Source: Eledone cirrhosa
Taxonomy: Eukaryota
DNA: 64,000 nucleotides
Assembly: GCA_964016885.1 (NCBI GenBank)
Contig: OZ024741.1
Location: forward strand, 254,882,001-254,946,000
Direction: 5' to 3'
Positions 40,668 through 54,158 of this stretch are shown here, piece by piece (positions within the stretch are counted from its first letter, which is position 1; every line of letters begins with the position of its first letter). The translations under genes were made by a program, and so were the position numbers. The notes under the pieces are model-generated. The model was not told where the DNA came from. It was given only the letters and a program-made list of their open reading frames with translations, and ran no database searches.

Positions 40668-41954
40668 GTTTCGCTTTACGAGTGTTTCGACTTACGAGTG
40701 TTTCGACATACGAGTGTTTCGACTTACGAATGTTTTTGCTTACGGGTGTTTCGACTTACGAATGTTTTTGCTTACGAGTGTTTCGGTTTACGAGTGTTCC
40801 GACTTACGAGTGTTCCGACTTACGAGTGTTTCGGCTTACGAGTGTCTCCGGCTTACGAATGTTTCGACTTACGAGTGTTTCGACTTACGAGTGTTTTGAC
40901 TTACGGGTGTTTTGACTTACGGGTGTTGTGAATTACGAGTGTTCCGATTTACGAGTGTTTTGACTTGAGGGTTTTCGACTTACGAGTGTTTCGATACGAG
41001 TGTTTCGACTTACGAGTGTTCTGACTTACGAGTGTTCTGATTTACGAGTGTTTTGACACACGAGTGTTTCGATACGAGTGTTTCGACTTACGAGTGTTCT
41101 GACTTACGAGTGTTCTGACTTACGAGTGTTTCGGCTTACGAGTGTTTCCGGCTTACGAGTGTTTCGACTTACGAGTGTTTCGACTTACGAGTGTTTTGAC
41201 TTACGGTGTTTCGGCTTACGAGTGATTAGACTTACGAGTGTTTTGACTTACGGGTGTTTTGACTTACGGGTGTTGTGAATTACGAGTGTTCCGATTTACG
41301 AGTGTTCTGACTTACGGGTGTTTCGGCTTGCGAGTGTTTCGACTTACGAGTGTTTCGGCTTATGAGTGTTTCGACTTACTAATGTTTTTACTTACGAGTG
41401 TTTCGGCGTACGAGTGTTTTGACTTACGAGTGTTTCGACTTACGAGTGTTTTGACTTACGAATGTTTTGACTTACGGGTGATTCGGCTTACGAGTGTTTC
41501 GACTTACGAGTGTTTCGGCTTGCGAGTGTTTCGACTTACTAATGTTTTTACTTACGAGTGTTTCGGCGTACGAGTGTTTCGACTTACGAGTGTTTCGACT
41601 TACGGGTGTTTTAACTTAGGGGTGTTTCGGCTTACGAGTGTTTCGACTTACGAGTGTTTTGACTTAAGGGTGTTTCGACTTACGAGTGTTTCGACTTACG
41701 AGTGTTTCGACTTACGGGTGTTTCGACTTACGAGTGTTTTGGCTTACGGTGTTTCGACTTACGAGTGTTTTGACTTACTGGTGTTTTGACATACGAGTGT
41801 TTCGATACGAGTGTTTCGACTTACGAGTGTTCTGACTTACGAGTGTTCTAACTTACGAGTGTTCTGACTTACGAGTGTTCTGACTTACGAGTGTTCCGAC
41901 TTACGAGTGTTTCGGCTCACGAGTGTTTCGGCTTACGAGTGTTTCGACTTACGA

Positions 41955-42023
41955 AAATAACAAATAGACGCGGTTTCAAATCTCTATGCTTTTCAAATTC
42001 ATTACATTAATCTTTATTTATAC
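41955..42023 (+). repeat. 69-bp spacer, type A
   Basis: Matches 938-1006. Confidence 0.95.
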
Positions 42024-42625
42024 GTTTCGCTTTACGAGTGTTTCGACTTACGAGTGTTTCGACTTACGAGTGTTTCGGCTTACGAGTGTTTTGACTTACG
42101 AGTGTTTTGACTTACATGTGTTTCGACTTACGCGTGTTTCGACTTACGAGTGTTTCGACTTGCGAGTGTTTCGACTACGGGTGTTTCGCCTTACGAATGT
42201 TTTGACTTACGGATGTTTTGACTTACGGGTGTTTCGGCTTACGAGTGTTTCGACTTACGAGTGTTTCGACTTGCGAGTGTTTTCACTTACGAGTGTTTTG
42301 GCTTACGGTGTTTCGGCTTACGAGTGTTTCGACTTACGAGTGTTTTGACTTACGGGTGTTTTGACATACGAGTGTTTCGATACGAGTGTTCTGACTTACG
42401 AGTGTTCTGACTTACGAGTGTTCTGACTTACGAGTGTTCTGATTTACGAGTGTTCTGACTTACGAGTGTTCTGACATACGTGTGTTCTGACTTACGAGTG
42501 TTCCGATTTACGAGTGTTTCGGCTTATGAGTGTTTCGACTTACGAATGTTTTTGCTTACGGGTGTTTCGACTTACGAATGTTTTTGCTTACGAGTGTTTC
42601 GGCTTACGAGTGTTTCGACTTACCA

Positions 42626-42694
42626 AAATAACAAATAGACGTGGTTTCAAATCTCTATGCTTTTCAAATTCATTACATTATTCTTTATTTACAC
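42626..42694 (+). repeat. 69-bp spacer, type B
   Basis: Matches 39404-39472. Confidence 0.95.
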
Positions 42695-43614
42695 GTTTCG
42701 CTTTACGAGTGTTTCGACTTACGAGTGTTTCGACTTACGAGTGTTTCGACTTACGAGTGTTTCGACTTACGAGTGTTTTGACTTACGAGTGTTCTGACTT
42801 ACGAGTGTTCTGACTTACGAGTGTTTCGACTTACGAGTGTTCTGACTTACGAGTGTTCTGACTTACGAGTGTTCCGACTTACGAGTGTTTCGACTTACGA
42901 GTGTTTCGACTTACGAGTGTTTCGACTTACGAGTGTTTCGGCTTACGAGTGTTTTGACTTACGAGTGTTCTGACTACGAGTGTTCTGACTTACGAGTGTT
43001 TCGGCTTATGAGTGTTTCGACTTACGAGTGTTTCGGCTTATGAGTGTTTCGACTTACGAGTGTTTCGGCTTACGAGTGTTTCGACTTACGAGTGTTTCGA
43101 CTTACGAGTGTTTCGACTTACGGGTGTTTCGACTTACGAGTGTTTCGACTACGAGTGTTTCGACTTACGGGTGTTTCGACTTACGAGTGTTTTGGCTTAC
43201 GGTGTTTCGACTTACGAGTGTTTCGGCTTACGAGTGTTTTGACTTACGGGTGTTTTGACATACGAGTGTTTCGATACGAGTGTTTCGACTTACGAGGGTT
43301 CTGACTTACGATTGTTCTGACTTACGAGCGTTCTGACTTACGAGTGTTTCGGCTTACGAGTGTTTCGGCTTACGAGTGTTTCGACTTACGAGTGTTTCGA
43401 CTTACGAGTGTTCCGACTTACGGGTGTTTCGACTTACGAGTGTTTTGGCATACGGTGTTTCGACTTACGAGTGTTTCGAGTTAAGAGTGTTAGACTTACG
43501 CGTGTTTTGACATACGAGTGTTCTGACTTACGAGTGTTCTGACTTACGAGTGTTCCGACTTTACGAATGTTTCGGCTCACGAGTGTTTCGGCTTACGAGT
43601 GTTTCGACTTACGA

Positions 43615-43683
43615 AAACAACATATAGACGCGGTTTCAAATCTCTATGCTTTTCAAATTCATTACATTAATCTTTATTTATAC
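43615..43683 (+). repeat. 69-bp spacer, type C
   Basis: Begins aaacaacatatagacg. Confidence 0.95.
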
Positions 43684-45034
43684 GTTTCGCTTTACGAGTG
43701 TTTCGACTTACGAGTGTTTCGACATACGAGTGTTTCGACTTACGAATGTTTTTGCTTACGGGTGTTTCGACTTACGAATGTTTTTGCTTACGAGTGTTTC
43801 GGTTTACGAGTGTTCCGACTTACGAGTGTTCCGACTTACGAGTGTTTCGGCTTACGAGTGTTTCCGGCTTACGAATGTTTCGACTTACGAGTGTTTCGAC
43901 TTACGAGTGTTTTGACTTACGGGTGTTTTGACTTACGGGTGTTGTGAATTACGAGTGTTCCGATTTACGAGTGTTTTGACTTGAGGGTTTTCGACTTACG
44001 AGTGTTTCGATACGAGTGTTTCGACTTACGAGTGTTCTGACTTACGAGTGTTCTGATTTACGAGTGTTTTGACACACGAGTGTTTCGAATTACGAGTTTT
44101 TCGACTTACGAGTGTTTTGACTTACGGGTGTTTTGACATACGAGTGTTTCGATACGAGTGTTTCGACTTACGAGTGTTCTGACTTACGAGTGTTCTGACT
44201 TACGAGTGTTTCGGCTTACGAGTGTTTCCGGCTTACGAGTGTTTCGACTTACGAGTGTTTCGACTTACGAGTGTTTTGACTTACGGTGTTTCGGCTTACG
44301 AGTGATTAGACTTACGAGTGTTTTGACTTACGGGTGTTTTGACTTACGGGTGTTGTGAATTACGAGTGTTCCGATTTACGAGTGTTTTGACTTACGGGTG
44401 TTTCGGCTTGCGAGTGTTTCGACTTACGAGTGTTTCGGCTTATGAGTGTTTCGACTTACTAATGTTTTTACTTACGAGTGTTTCGGCGTACGAGTGTTTT
44501 GACTTACGAGTGTTTCGACTTACGAGTGTTTTGACTTACGAATGTTTTGACTTACGGGTGTTTCGGCTTACGAGTGTTTCGACTTACGAGTGTTTCGGCT
44601 TGCGAGTGTTTCGACTTACTAATGTTTTTACTTACGAGTGTTTCGGCGTACGAGTGTTTCGACTTACGAGTGTTTCGACTTACGGGTGTTTTAACTTAGG
44701 GGTGTTTCGGCTTACGAGTGTTTCGACTTACGAGTGTTTTGACTTAAGGGTGTTTCGACTTACGAGTGTTTCGACTTACGAGTGTTTCGACTTACGGGTG
44801 TTTCGACTTACGAGTGTTTTGGCTTACGGTGTTTCGACTTACGAGTGTTTTGACTTACTGGTGTTTTGACATACGAGTGTTTCGATACGAGTGTTTCGAC
44901 TTACGAGTGTTCTGACTTACGAGTGTTCTAACTTACGAGTGTTCTGACTTACGAGTGTTCTGACTTACGAGTGTTCCGACTTACGAGTGTTTCGGCTCAC
45001 GAGTGTTTCGGCTTACGAGTGTTTCGACTTACGA

Positions 45035-45103
45035 AAATAACAAATAGACGCGGTTTCAAATCTCTATGCTTTTCAAATTCATTACATTAATCTTTATTTA
45101 TAC
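45035..45103 (+). repeat. 69-bp spacer, type A
   Basis: Matches 938-1006. Confidence 0.95.
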
Positions 45104-45705
45104 GTTTCGCTTTACGAGTGTTTCGACTTACGAGTGTTTCGACTTACGAGTGTTTCGGCTTACGAGTGTTTTGACTTACGAGTGTTTTGACTTACATGTG
45201 TTTCGACTTACGCGTGTTTCGACTTACGAGTGTTTCGACTTGCGAGTGTTTCGACTACGGGTGTTTCGCCTTACGAATGTTTTGACTTACGGATGTTTTG
45301 ACTTACGGGTGTTTCGGCTTACGAGTGTTTCGACTTACGAGTGTTTCGACTTGCGAGTGTTTTCACTTACGAGTGTTTTGGCTTACGGTGTTTCGGCTTA
45401 CGAGTGTTTCGACTTACGAGTGTTTTGACTTACGGGTGTTTTGACATACGAGTGTTTCGATACGAGTGTTCTGACTTACGAGTGTTCTGACTTACGAGTG
45501 TTCTGACTTACGAGTGTTCTGATTTACGAGTGTTCTGACTTACGAGTGTTCTGACATACGTGTGTTCTGACTTACGAGTGTTCCGATTTACGAGTGTTTC
45601 GGCTTATGAGTGTTTCGACTTACGAATGTTTTTGCTTACGGGTGTTTCGACTTACGAATGTTTTTGCTTACGAGTGTTTCGGCTTACGAGTGTTTCGACT
45701 TACCA

Positions 45706-45774
45706 AAATAACAAATAGACGTGGTTTCAAATCTCTATGCTTTTCAAATTCATTACATTATTCTTTATTTACAC
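45706..45774 (+). repeat. 69-bp spacer, type B
   Basis: Matches 39404-39472. Confidence 0.95.
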
Positions 45775-46868
45775 GTTTCGCTTTACGAGTGTTTCGACTT
45801 ACGAGTGTTTCGACTTACGAGTGTTTTGACTTACGAGTGTTCTGACTTACGAGTGTTCTGACTTACGAGTGTTTCGACTTACGAGTGTTCTGACTTACGA
45901 GTGTTCTGACTTACGAGTGTTCCGACTTACGAGTGTTTCGACTTACAAGTGTTTCGACTTACGAGTGTTTCGACTTACGAGTGTTTCGGCTTACGAGTGT
46001 TTTGACTTACGAGTGTTCTGACTACGAGTGTTCTGACTTACGAGTGTTTCGGCTTATGAGTGTTTCGACTTACGAGTGTTTCGGCTTATGAGTGTTTCGA
46101 CTTACGAGTGTTTCGGCTTACGAGTGTTTCGACTTACGAGTGTTTCGACTTACGAGTGTTTCGACTTACGGGTGTTTCGACTTACGAGTGTTTCGACTAC
46201 GAGTGTTTCGACTTACGGGTGTTTCGACTTACGAGTGTTTTGGCTTACGGTGTTTCGACTTACGAGTGTTTCGGCTTACGAGTGTTTTGACTTAAGGGTG
46301 TTTCGACTTACGAGTGTTTCGATACGAGTGTTTCGACTTACGAGTGTTTCGGGTTACGAGTGTTTCGACTTACGAGTGTTTCGACTTACGAGTGTTCTGA
46401 TTTACGGATGTTTCGACATACGAGTGTTTCGACTTACGAGTGTTTCGACTTACGAGTGTTTTGACTTACGGGTGTTTTGACATACGAGTGTTTCGATACG
46501 AGTGTTTCGACTTACGAGGGTTCTGACTTACGATTGTTCTGACTTACGAGCGTTCTGACTTACGAGTGTTTCGGCTTACGAGTGTTTCGGCTTACGAGTG
46601 TTTCGACTTACGAGTGTTTCGACTTACGAGTGTTCCGACTTACGGGTGTTTCGACTTACGAGTGTTTTGGCATACGGTGTTTCGACTTACGAGTGTTTCG
46701 AGTTAAGAGTGTTAGACTTACGCGTGTTTTGACATACGAGTGTTCTGACTTACGAGTGTTCTGACTTACGAGTGTTCTGACTTACGAGTGTTCTGACTTA
46801 CGAGTGTTCCGACGTTACGAATGTTTCGGCTCACGAGTGTTTCGGCTTACGAGTGTTTCGACTTACGA

Positions 46869-46937
46869 AAACAACATATAGACGCGGTTTCAAATCTCTA
46901 TGCTTTTCAAATTCATTACATTAATCTTTATTTATAC
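46869..46937 (+). repeat. 69-bp spacer, type C
   Basis: Begins aaacaacatatagacg. Confidence 0.95.
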
Positions 46938-48972
46938 GTTTCGCTTTACGAGTGTTTCGACTTACGAGTGTTTCGACATACGAGTGTTTCGACTTACGAA
47001 TGTTTTTTCTTACGGGTGTTTCGACTTACGAATGTTTTTGCTTACGAGTGTTTCGGTTTACGAGTGTTCCGACTTACGAGTGTTCCGACTTACGAGTGTT
47101 TCGGCTTACGAGTGTTTCCGGCTTACGAGTGTTTCGACTTACGAGTGTTTCGACTTACGAGTGTTTTGACTTACGGGTGTTTTGACTTACGGGTGTTGTG
47201 AATTACGAGTGTTCCGATTTACGAGTGTTTTGACACACGAGTGTTTCGAATTACGAGTGTTTCGACTTACGAGTGTTTTGACTTACGGGTGTTTTGACAT
47301 ACGAGTGTTTCGATACGAGTGTTTCGACTTACGAGTGTTCTGACTTACGAGTGTTCTGACTTACGAGTGTTTCGGCTTACGAGTGTTTCCGGCTTACGAG
47401 TGTTTCGACTTACGAGTGTTTCGACTTACGGGTGTTTTGACTTACGGGTGTTGTGAATAACGAGTGTTCCGATTTACGAGTGTTTTGACTTACGGGTGTT
47501 TCGGCTTGCGAGTGTTTCGACTTACGAGTGTTTCGGCTTATGAGTGTTTCGACTTACTAATGTTTTTACTTACGAGTGTTTCGGCGTACGAGTGTTTTGA
47601 CTTACGAGTGTTTCGACTTACGAGTGTTTTGACTTACGAATGTTTTGATTTACGGGTGTTTCGGCTTACGAGTGTTTCGACTTACGAGTGTTTCGGCTTG
47701 CGAGTGTTTCGACTTACTAATGTTTTTACTTACGAGTGTTTCGGCGTACGAGTGTTTCGACTTACGAGTGTTTCGACTTACGGGTGTTTTAACTTAGGGG
47801 CGTTTCGGCTTACGAGTGTTTCGACTTACGAGTGTTTTGACTTAAGGGTGTTTCGACTTACGAGTGTTTCGACTTACGAGTGTTTCGACTTACGGGTGTT
47901 TCGACTTACGAGTGTTTTGGCTTACGGTGTTTCGACTTACGAGTGTTTCGGCTTACGAGTGTTTTGACTTAAGGGTGTTTCGACTTACGAGTGTTTCGAT
48001 ACGAGTGTTTCGGCTTACGAGTGTTTCGACTTACGAGTGTTTCGACTTACGAGTGTTCTGATTTACGGATGTTTCGACATACGAGTGTTTCGACTTACGA
48101 GTGTTTCGACTTCCGAGTGTTTTGACTTACGGGTGTTTTGACATACGAGTGTTTCGATACGAGTGTTTCGACTTACGAGTGTTCTGACTTACGATTGTTC
48201 TGACTTACGAGCGTTCTGACATACGAGTGTTTCGGCTTACGAGTGTTTCGGCGTACGAGTGTTTCGACTTACGAGTGTTTCGACTTACGGGTGTTTTGAC
48301 TTACGGGTGTTTCGGCTTACGAGTGTTTCGACTTACGAGTGTTTCGACTTACGGGTGTTTCGATTACGAGTGTTTTGGCTTACGGTGTTTCGACTTACGA
48401 GTGTTTCGGCTTACGAGTGTTTTGACTTAAGGGTGTTTCGACTTACAAGTGTTTCGATACGAGTGTTTCGACTTACGAGTGTTTCGGCTTACGAGTGTTT
48501 CGACTTACGAGTGTTCTGATTTACGGATGTTTCGACATACGAGTGTTTCGACTTACGAGTGTTTCGACTTACGAGTGTTCTGACTTACGATTGTTCTGAC
48601 TTACGAGCGTTCTGACTTACGAGTGTTTCGACTTACGGGTGTTTTGACTTAAGGGTGTTTCGACTTACGAGTGTTTCGACTTACGAGTGTTTTGACTTAA
48701 GGGTGTTTCGACTTACGAGTGTTTCGACTTACGAGTGTTTTGACACACGAGTGTTTCGAATTACGAGTGTTTCGACTTACGAGTGTTTTGACTTACTGGT
48801 GTTTTGACATACGAGTGTTTCGATACGAGTGTTTCGACTTACGAGTGTTCTGACTTACGAGTGTTCTAACTTACGAGTGTTCTGACTTACGAGTGTTCTG
48901 ACTTACGAGTGTTCCGACTTACGAGTGTTTCGGCTCACGAGTGTTTCGGCTTACGAGTGTTTCGACTTACGA

Positions 48973-49041
48973 AAATAACAAATAGACGCGGTTTCAAATC
49001 TCTATGCTTTTCAAATTCATTACATTAATCTTTATTTATAC
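48973..49041 (+). repeat. 69-bp spacer, type A
   Basis: Matches 938-1006. Confidence 0.95.
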
Positions 49042-49643
49042 GTTTCGCTTTACGAGTGTTTCGACTTACGAGTGTTTCGACTTACGAGTGTTTCGGCTTA
49101 CGAGTGTTTTGACTTACGAGTGTTTTGACTTACATGTGTTTCGACTTACGCGTGTTTCGACTTACGAGTGTTTCGACTTGCGAGTGTTTCGACTACGGGT
49201 GTTTCGCCTTACGAATGTTTTGACTTACGGATGTTTTGACTTACGGGTGTTTCGGCTTACGAGTGTTTCGACTTACGAGTGTTTCGACTTGCGAGTGTTT
49301 TCACTTACGAGTGTTTTGGCTTACGGTGTTTCGGCTTACGAGTGTTTCGACTTACGAGTGTTTTGACTTACGGGTGTTTTGACATACGAGTGTTTCGATA
49401 CGAGTGTTCTGACTTACGAGTGTTCTGACTTACGAGTGTTCTGACTTACGAGTGTTCTGATTTACGAGTGTTCTGACTTACGAGTGTTCTGACATACGTG
49501 TGTTCTGACTTACGAGTGTTCCGATTTACGAGTGTTTCGGCTTATGAGTGTTTCGACTTACGAATGTTTTTGCTTACGGGTGTTTCGACTTACGAATGTT
49601 TTTGCTTACGAGTGTTTCGGCTTACGAGTGTTTCGACTTACCA

Positions 49644-49712
49644 AAATAACAAATAGACGTGGTTTCAAATCTCTATGCTTTTCAAATTCATTACATTATT
49701 CTTTATTTACAC
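49644..49712 (+). repeat. 69-bp spacer, type B
   Basis: Matches 39404-39472. Confidence 0.95.
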
Positions 49713-50806
49713 GTTTCGCTTTACGAGTGTTTCGACTTACGAGTGTTTCGACTTACGAGTGTTTTGACTTACGAGTGTTCTGACTTACGAGTGTTCTGAC
49801 TTACGAGTGTTTCGACTTACGAGTGTTCTGACTTACGAGTGTTCTGACTTACGAGTGTTCCGACTTACGAGTGTTTCGACTTACAAGTGTTTCGACTTAC
49901 GAGTGTTTCGACTTACGAGTGTTTCGGCTTACGAGTGTTTTGACTTACGAGTGTTCTGACTACGAGTGTTCTGACTTACGAGTGTTTCGGCTTATGAGTG
50001 TTTCGACTTACGAGTGTTTCGGCTTATGAGTGTTTCGACTTACGAGTGTTTCGGCTTACGAGTGTTTCGACTTACGAGTGTTTCGACTTACGAGTGTTTC
50101 GACTTACGGGTGTTTCGACTTACGAGTGTTTCGACTACGAGTGTTTCGACTTACGGGTGTTTCGACTTACGAGTGTTTTGGCTTACGGTGTTTCGACTTA
50201 CGAGTGTTTCGGCTTACGAGTGTTTTGACTTAAGGGTGTTTCGACTTACGAGTGTTTCGATACGAGTGTTTCGACTTACGAGTGTTTCGGGTTACGAGTG
50301 TTTCGACTTACGAGTGTTTCGACTTACGAGTGTTCTGATTTACGGATGTTTCGACATACGAGTGTTTCGACTTACGAGTGTTTCGACTTACGAGTGTTTT
50401 GACTTACGGGTGTTTTGACATACGAGTGTTTCGATACGAGTGTTTCGACTTACGAGGGTTCTGACTTACGATTGTTCTGACTTACGAGCGTTCTGACTTA
50501 CGAGTGTTTCGGCTTACGAGTGTTTCGGCTTACGAGTGTTTCGACTTACGAGTGTTTCGACTTACGAGTGTTCCGACTTACGGGTGTTTCGACTTACGAG
50601 TGTTTTGGCATACGGTGTTTCGACTTACGAGTGTTTCGAGTTAAGAGTGTTAGACTTACGCGTGTTTTGACATACGAGTGTTCTGACTTACGAGTGTTCT
50701 GACTTACGAGTGTTCTGACTTACGAGTGTTCTGACTTACGAGTGTTCCGACGTTACGAATGTTTCGGCTCACGAGTGTTTCGGCTTACGAGTGTTTCGAC
50801 TTACGA

Positions 50807-50875
50807 AAACAACATATAGACGCGGTTTCAAATCTCTATGCTTTTCAAATTCATTACATTAATCTTTATTTATAC
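50807..50875 (+). repeat. 69-bp spacer, type C
   Basis: Begins aaacaacatatagacg. Confidence 0.95.
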
Positions 50876-53800
50876 GTTTCGCTTTACGAGTGTTTCGACT
50901 TACGAGTGTTTCGACATACGAGTGTTTCGACTTACGAATGTTTTTTCTTACGGGTGTTTCGACTTACGAATGTTTTTGCTTACGAGTGTTTCGGTTTACG
51001 AGTGTTCCGACTTACGAGTGTTCCGACTTACGAGTGTTTCGGCTTACGAGTGTTTCCGGCTTACGAGTGTTTCGACTTACGAGTGTTTCGACTTACGAGT
51101 GTTTTGACTTACGGGTGTTTTGACTTACGGGTGTTGTGAATTACGAGTGTTCCGATTTACGAGTGTTTTGACACACGAGTGTTTCGAATTACGAGTGTTT
51201 CGACTTACGAGTGTTTTGACTTACGGGTGTTTTGACATACGAGTGTTTCGATACGAGTGTTTCGACTTACGAGTGTTCTGACTTACGAGTGTTCTGACTT
51301 ACGAGTGTTTCGGCTTACGAGTGTTTCCGGCTTACGAGTGTTTCGACTTACGAGTGTTTCGACTTACGGGTGTTTTGACTTACGGGTGTTGTGAATAACG
51401 AGTGTTCCGATTTACGAGTGTTTTGACTTACGGGTGTTTCGGCTTGCGAGTGTTTCGACTTACGAGTGTTTCGGCTTATGAGTGTTTCGACTTACTAATG
51501 TTTTTACTTACGAGTGTTTCGGCGTACGAGTGTTTTGACTTACGAGTGTTTCGACTTACGAGTGTTTTGACTTACGAATGTTTTGATTTACGGGTGTTTC
51601 GGCTTACGAGTGTTTCGACTTACGAGTGTTTCGGCTTGCGAGTGTTTCGACTTACTAATGTTTTTACTTACGAGTGTTTCGGCGTACGAGTGTTTCGACT
51701 TACGAGTGTTTCGACTTACGGGTGTTTTAACTTAGGGGCGTTTCGGCTTACGAGTGTTTCGACTTACGAGTGTTTTGACTTAAGGGTGTTTCGACTTACG
51801 AGTGTTTCGACTTACGAGTGTTTCGACTTACGGGTGTTTCGACTTACGAGTGTTTTGGCTTACGGTGTTTCGACTTACGAGTGTTTCGGCTTACGAGTGT
51901 TTTGACTTAAGGGTGTTTCGACTTACGAGTGTTTCGATACGAGTGTTTCGGCTTACGAGTGTTTCGACTTACGAGTGTTTCGACTTACGAGTGTTCTGAT
52001 TTACGGATGTTTCGACATACGAGTGTTTCGACTTACGAGTGTTTCGACTTCCGAGTGTTTTGACTTACGGGTGTTTTGACATACGAGTGTTTCGATACGA
52101 GTGTTTCGACTTACGAGTGTTCTGACTTACGATTGTTCTGACTTACGAGCGTTCTGACATACGAGTGTTTCGGCTTACGAGTGTTTCGGCGTACGAGTGT
52201 TTCGACTTACGAGTGTTTCGACTTACGGGTGTTTTGACTTACGGGTGTTTCGGCTTACGAGTGTTTCGACTTACGAGTGTTTCGACTTACGGGTGTTTCG
52301 ATTACGAGTGTTTTGGCTTACGGTGTTTCGACTTACGAGTGTTTCGGCTTACGAGTGTTTTGACTTAAGGGTGTTTCGACTTACAAGTGTTTCGATACGA
52401 GTGTTTCGACTTACGAGTGTTTCGGCTTACGAGTGTTTCGACTTACGAGTGTTCTGATTTACGGATGTTTCGACATACGAGTGTTTCGACTTACGAGTGT
52501 TTCGACTTACGAGTGTTCTGACTTACGATTGTTCTGACTTACGAGCGTTCTGACTTACGAGTGTTTCGACTTACGGGTGTTTTGACTTAAGGGTGTTTCG
52601 ACTTACGAGTGTTTCGACTTACGAGTGTTTTGACTTAAGGGTGTTTCGACTTACGAGTGTTTCGACTTACGAGTGTTTTGACACACGAGTGTTTCGAATT
52701 ACGAGTGTTTCGACTTACGAGTGTTTTGACTTACGGGTGTTTTGACATACGAGTGTTTCGATACGAGTGTTTCGACTTACGAGTGTTCTGACTTACGAGT
52801 GTTCTGACTTACGAGTGTTCCGACTTACGAGTGTTTCGGCTTACGAGTGTTTCCGGCTTACGAGTGTTTCGACTTACGAGTGTTTCGACTTACGAGTGTT
52901 TTGACTTACGGTGTTTCGGCTTACGAGTGATTAGACTTACGAGTGTTTTGACATACGGGTGTTTTGACTTACGGGTGTTGTGAATTACGAGTGTTCCGAT
53001 TTACGAGTGTTTTGACTTACGGTGTTTCGGCTTACAAGTGATTCGACTTACGAATGTTTTGACTTACGGGTGTTTCGGCTTGCGAGTGTTTCGACTTACG
53101 AGTGTTTCGGCTTATGAGTGTTTCGACTTACTAATGTTTTTACTTACGAGTGTTTCGGCGTACGAGTGTTTTGACTTACGAGTGTTTCGACTTACGAGTG
53201 TTTTGACTTACGAATGTTTTGACTTACGGGTGTTTCGGCTTACGAGTGTTTCGACTTACGAGTGTTTCGGCTTGCGAGTGTTTCGACTTACTAATGTTTT
53301 TACTTACGAGTGTTTCGGCGTACGAGTGTTTCGTCTTACAAGTGTTTCGACTTACGGGTGTTTTGACTTAGGGGTGTTTCGGCTTACGAGTGTTTCGACT
53401 TACGAGTGTTTTGACTTAAAGTGTTTCGACTTACGAGTGTTTCGACATAAGAGTGTTTCGACTTACGGGTGTTTCGACTTACGAGTGTTTTGGCTTACGG
53501 TGTTTCGACTTACGAGTGTTTCGGCTTACGAGTGTTTTGACTTAAGGGTGTTTCGACTTACGAGTGTTTCGATACGAGTGTTTCGACTTACGAGTGTTTC
53601 GGCTTACGAGTGTTTCGACTTACGAGTGTTTCGACTTACGAGTGTTCTGATTTACGGATGTTTCGACATACGAGTGTTTCGACTTACGAGTGTTTCGACT
53701 TACGAGTGTTTTGACTTACGAGTGTTCTGACTTACGATTGTTCTGACTTACGAGCGTTCTGACTTACGAGTGTTTCGGCTTACGAGTGTTTCGGCTTACG

Positions 53801-54089
53801 AGTGTTTCGACTTACGAGTGTTTCGACTTACGAGTGTTCCGACTTACGGGTGTTTCGACTTACGAGTGTTTTGGCTTACGGTGTTTCGACTTACGAGTGT
53901 TTCGAGTTAAGAGTGTTTTGACTTACGCGTGTTTTGACATACGAGTGTTCTGACTTACGAGTGTTCTGACTTACGAGTGTTCTGACTTACGAGTGTTCTG
54001 AATTACGAGTGTTCTGACTTACGAGTGTTCCGACTTTACGAGTGTTTCGGCTCACGAGTGTTTCGGCTTACGAGTGTTTCGACTTACGA

Positions 54090-54158
54090 AAATAACATAT
54101 AGACGCGGTTTCAAATCTCTATGCTTTTCAAATTCATTACATTAATCTTTATTTATAC
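54090..54158 (+). repeat. 69-bp spacer, type D
   Basis: Begins aaataacatatagacg. Confidence 0.95.

Larger units (their letters stand above)
38520..52730 (+). repeat. HOR domain of four related units (periods 3222, 3080, 3938), each carrying three spacers in variant order A-B-C
   Basis: Type-A spacers start at 38733, 41955, 45035 and 48973, each followed exactly 671 bp later by a type-B spacer and then by a type-C spacer. Domain-specific variants include ttacatgtg, tttcgcc and ttactgg. Confidence 0.9.
44830..52730 (+). repeat. Near-identical tandem duplication, period 3938 bp
   Basis: ORFs are offset by 3938 (45066/49004, 46900/50838, 48227/52165). Private variants gacgttacg, ttgtgaataacg and ttaggggcg are in both copies. 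Confidence 0.95.
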
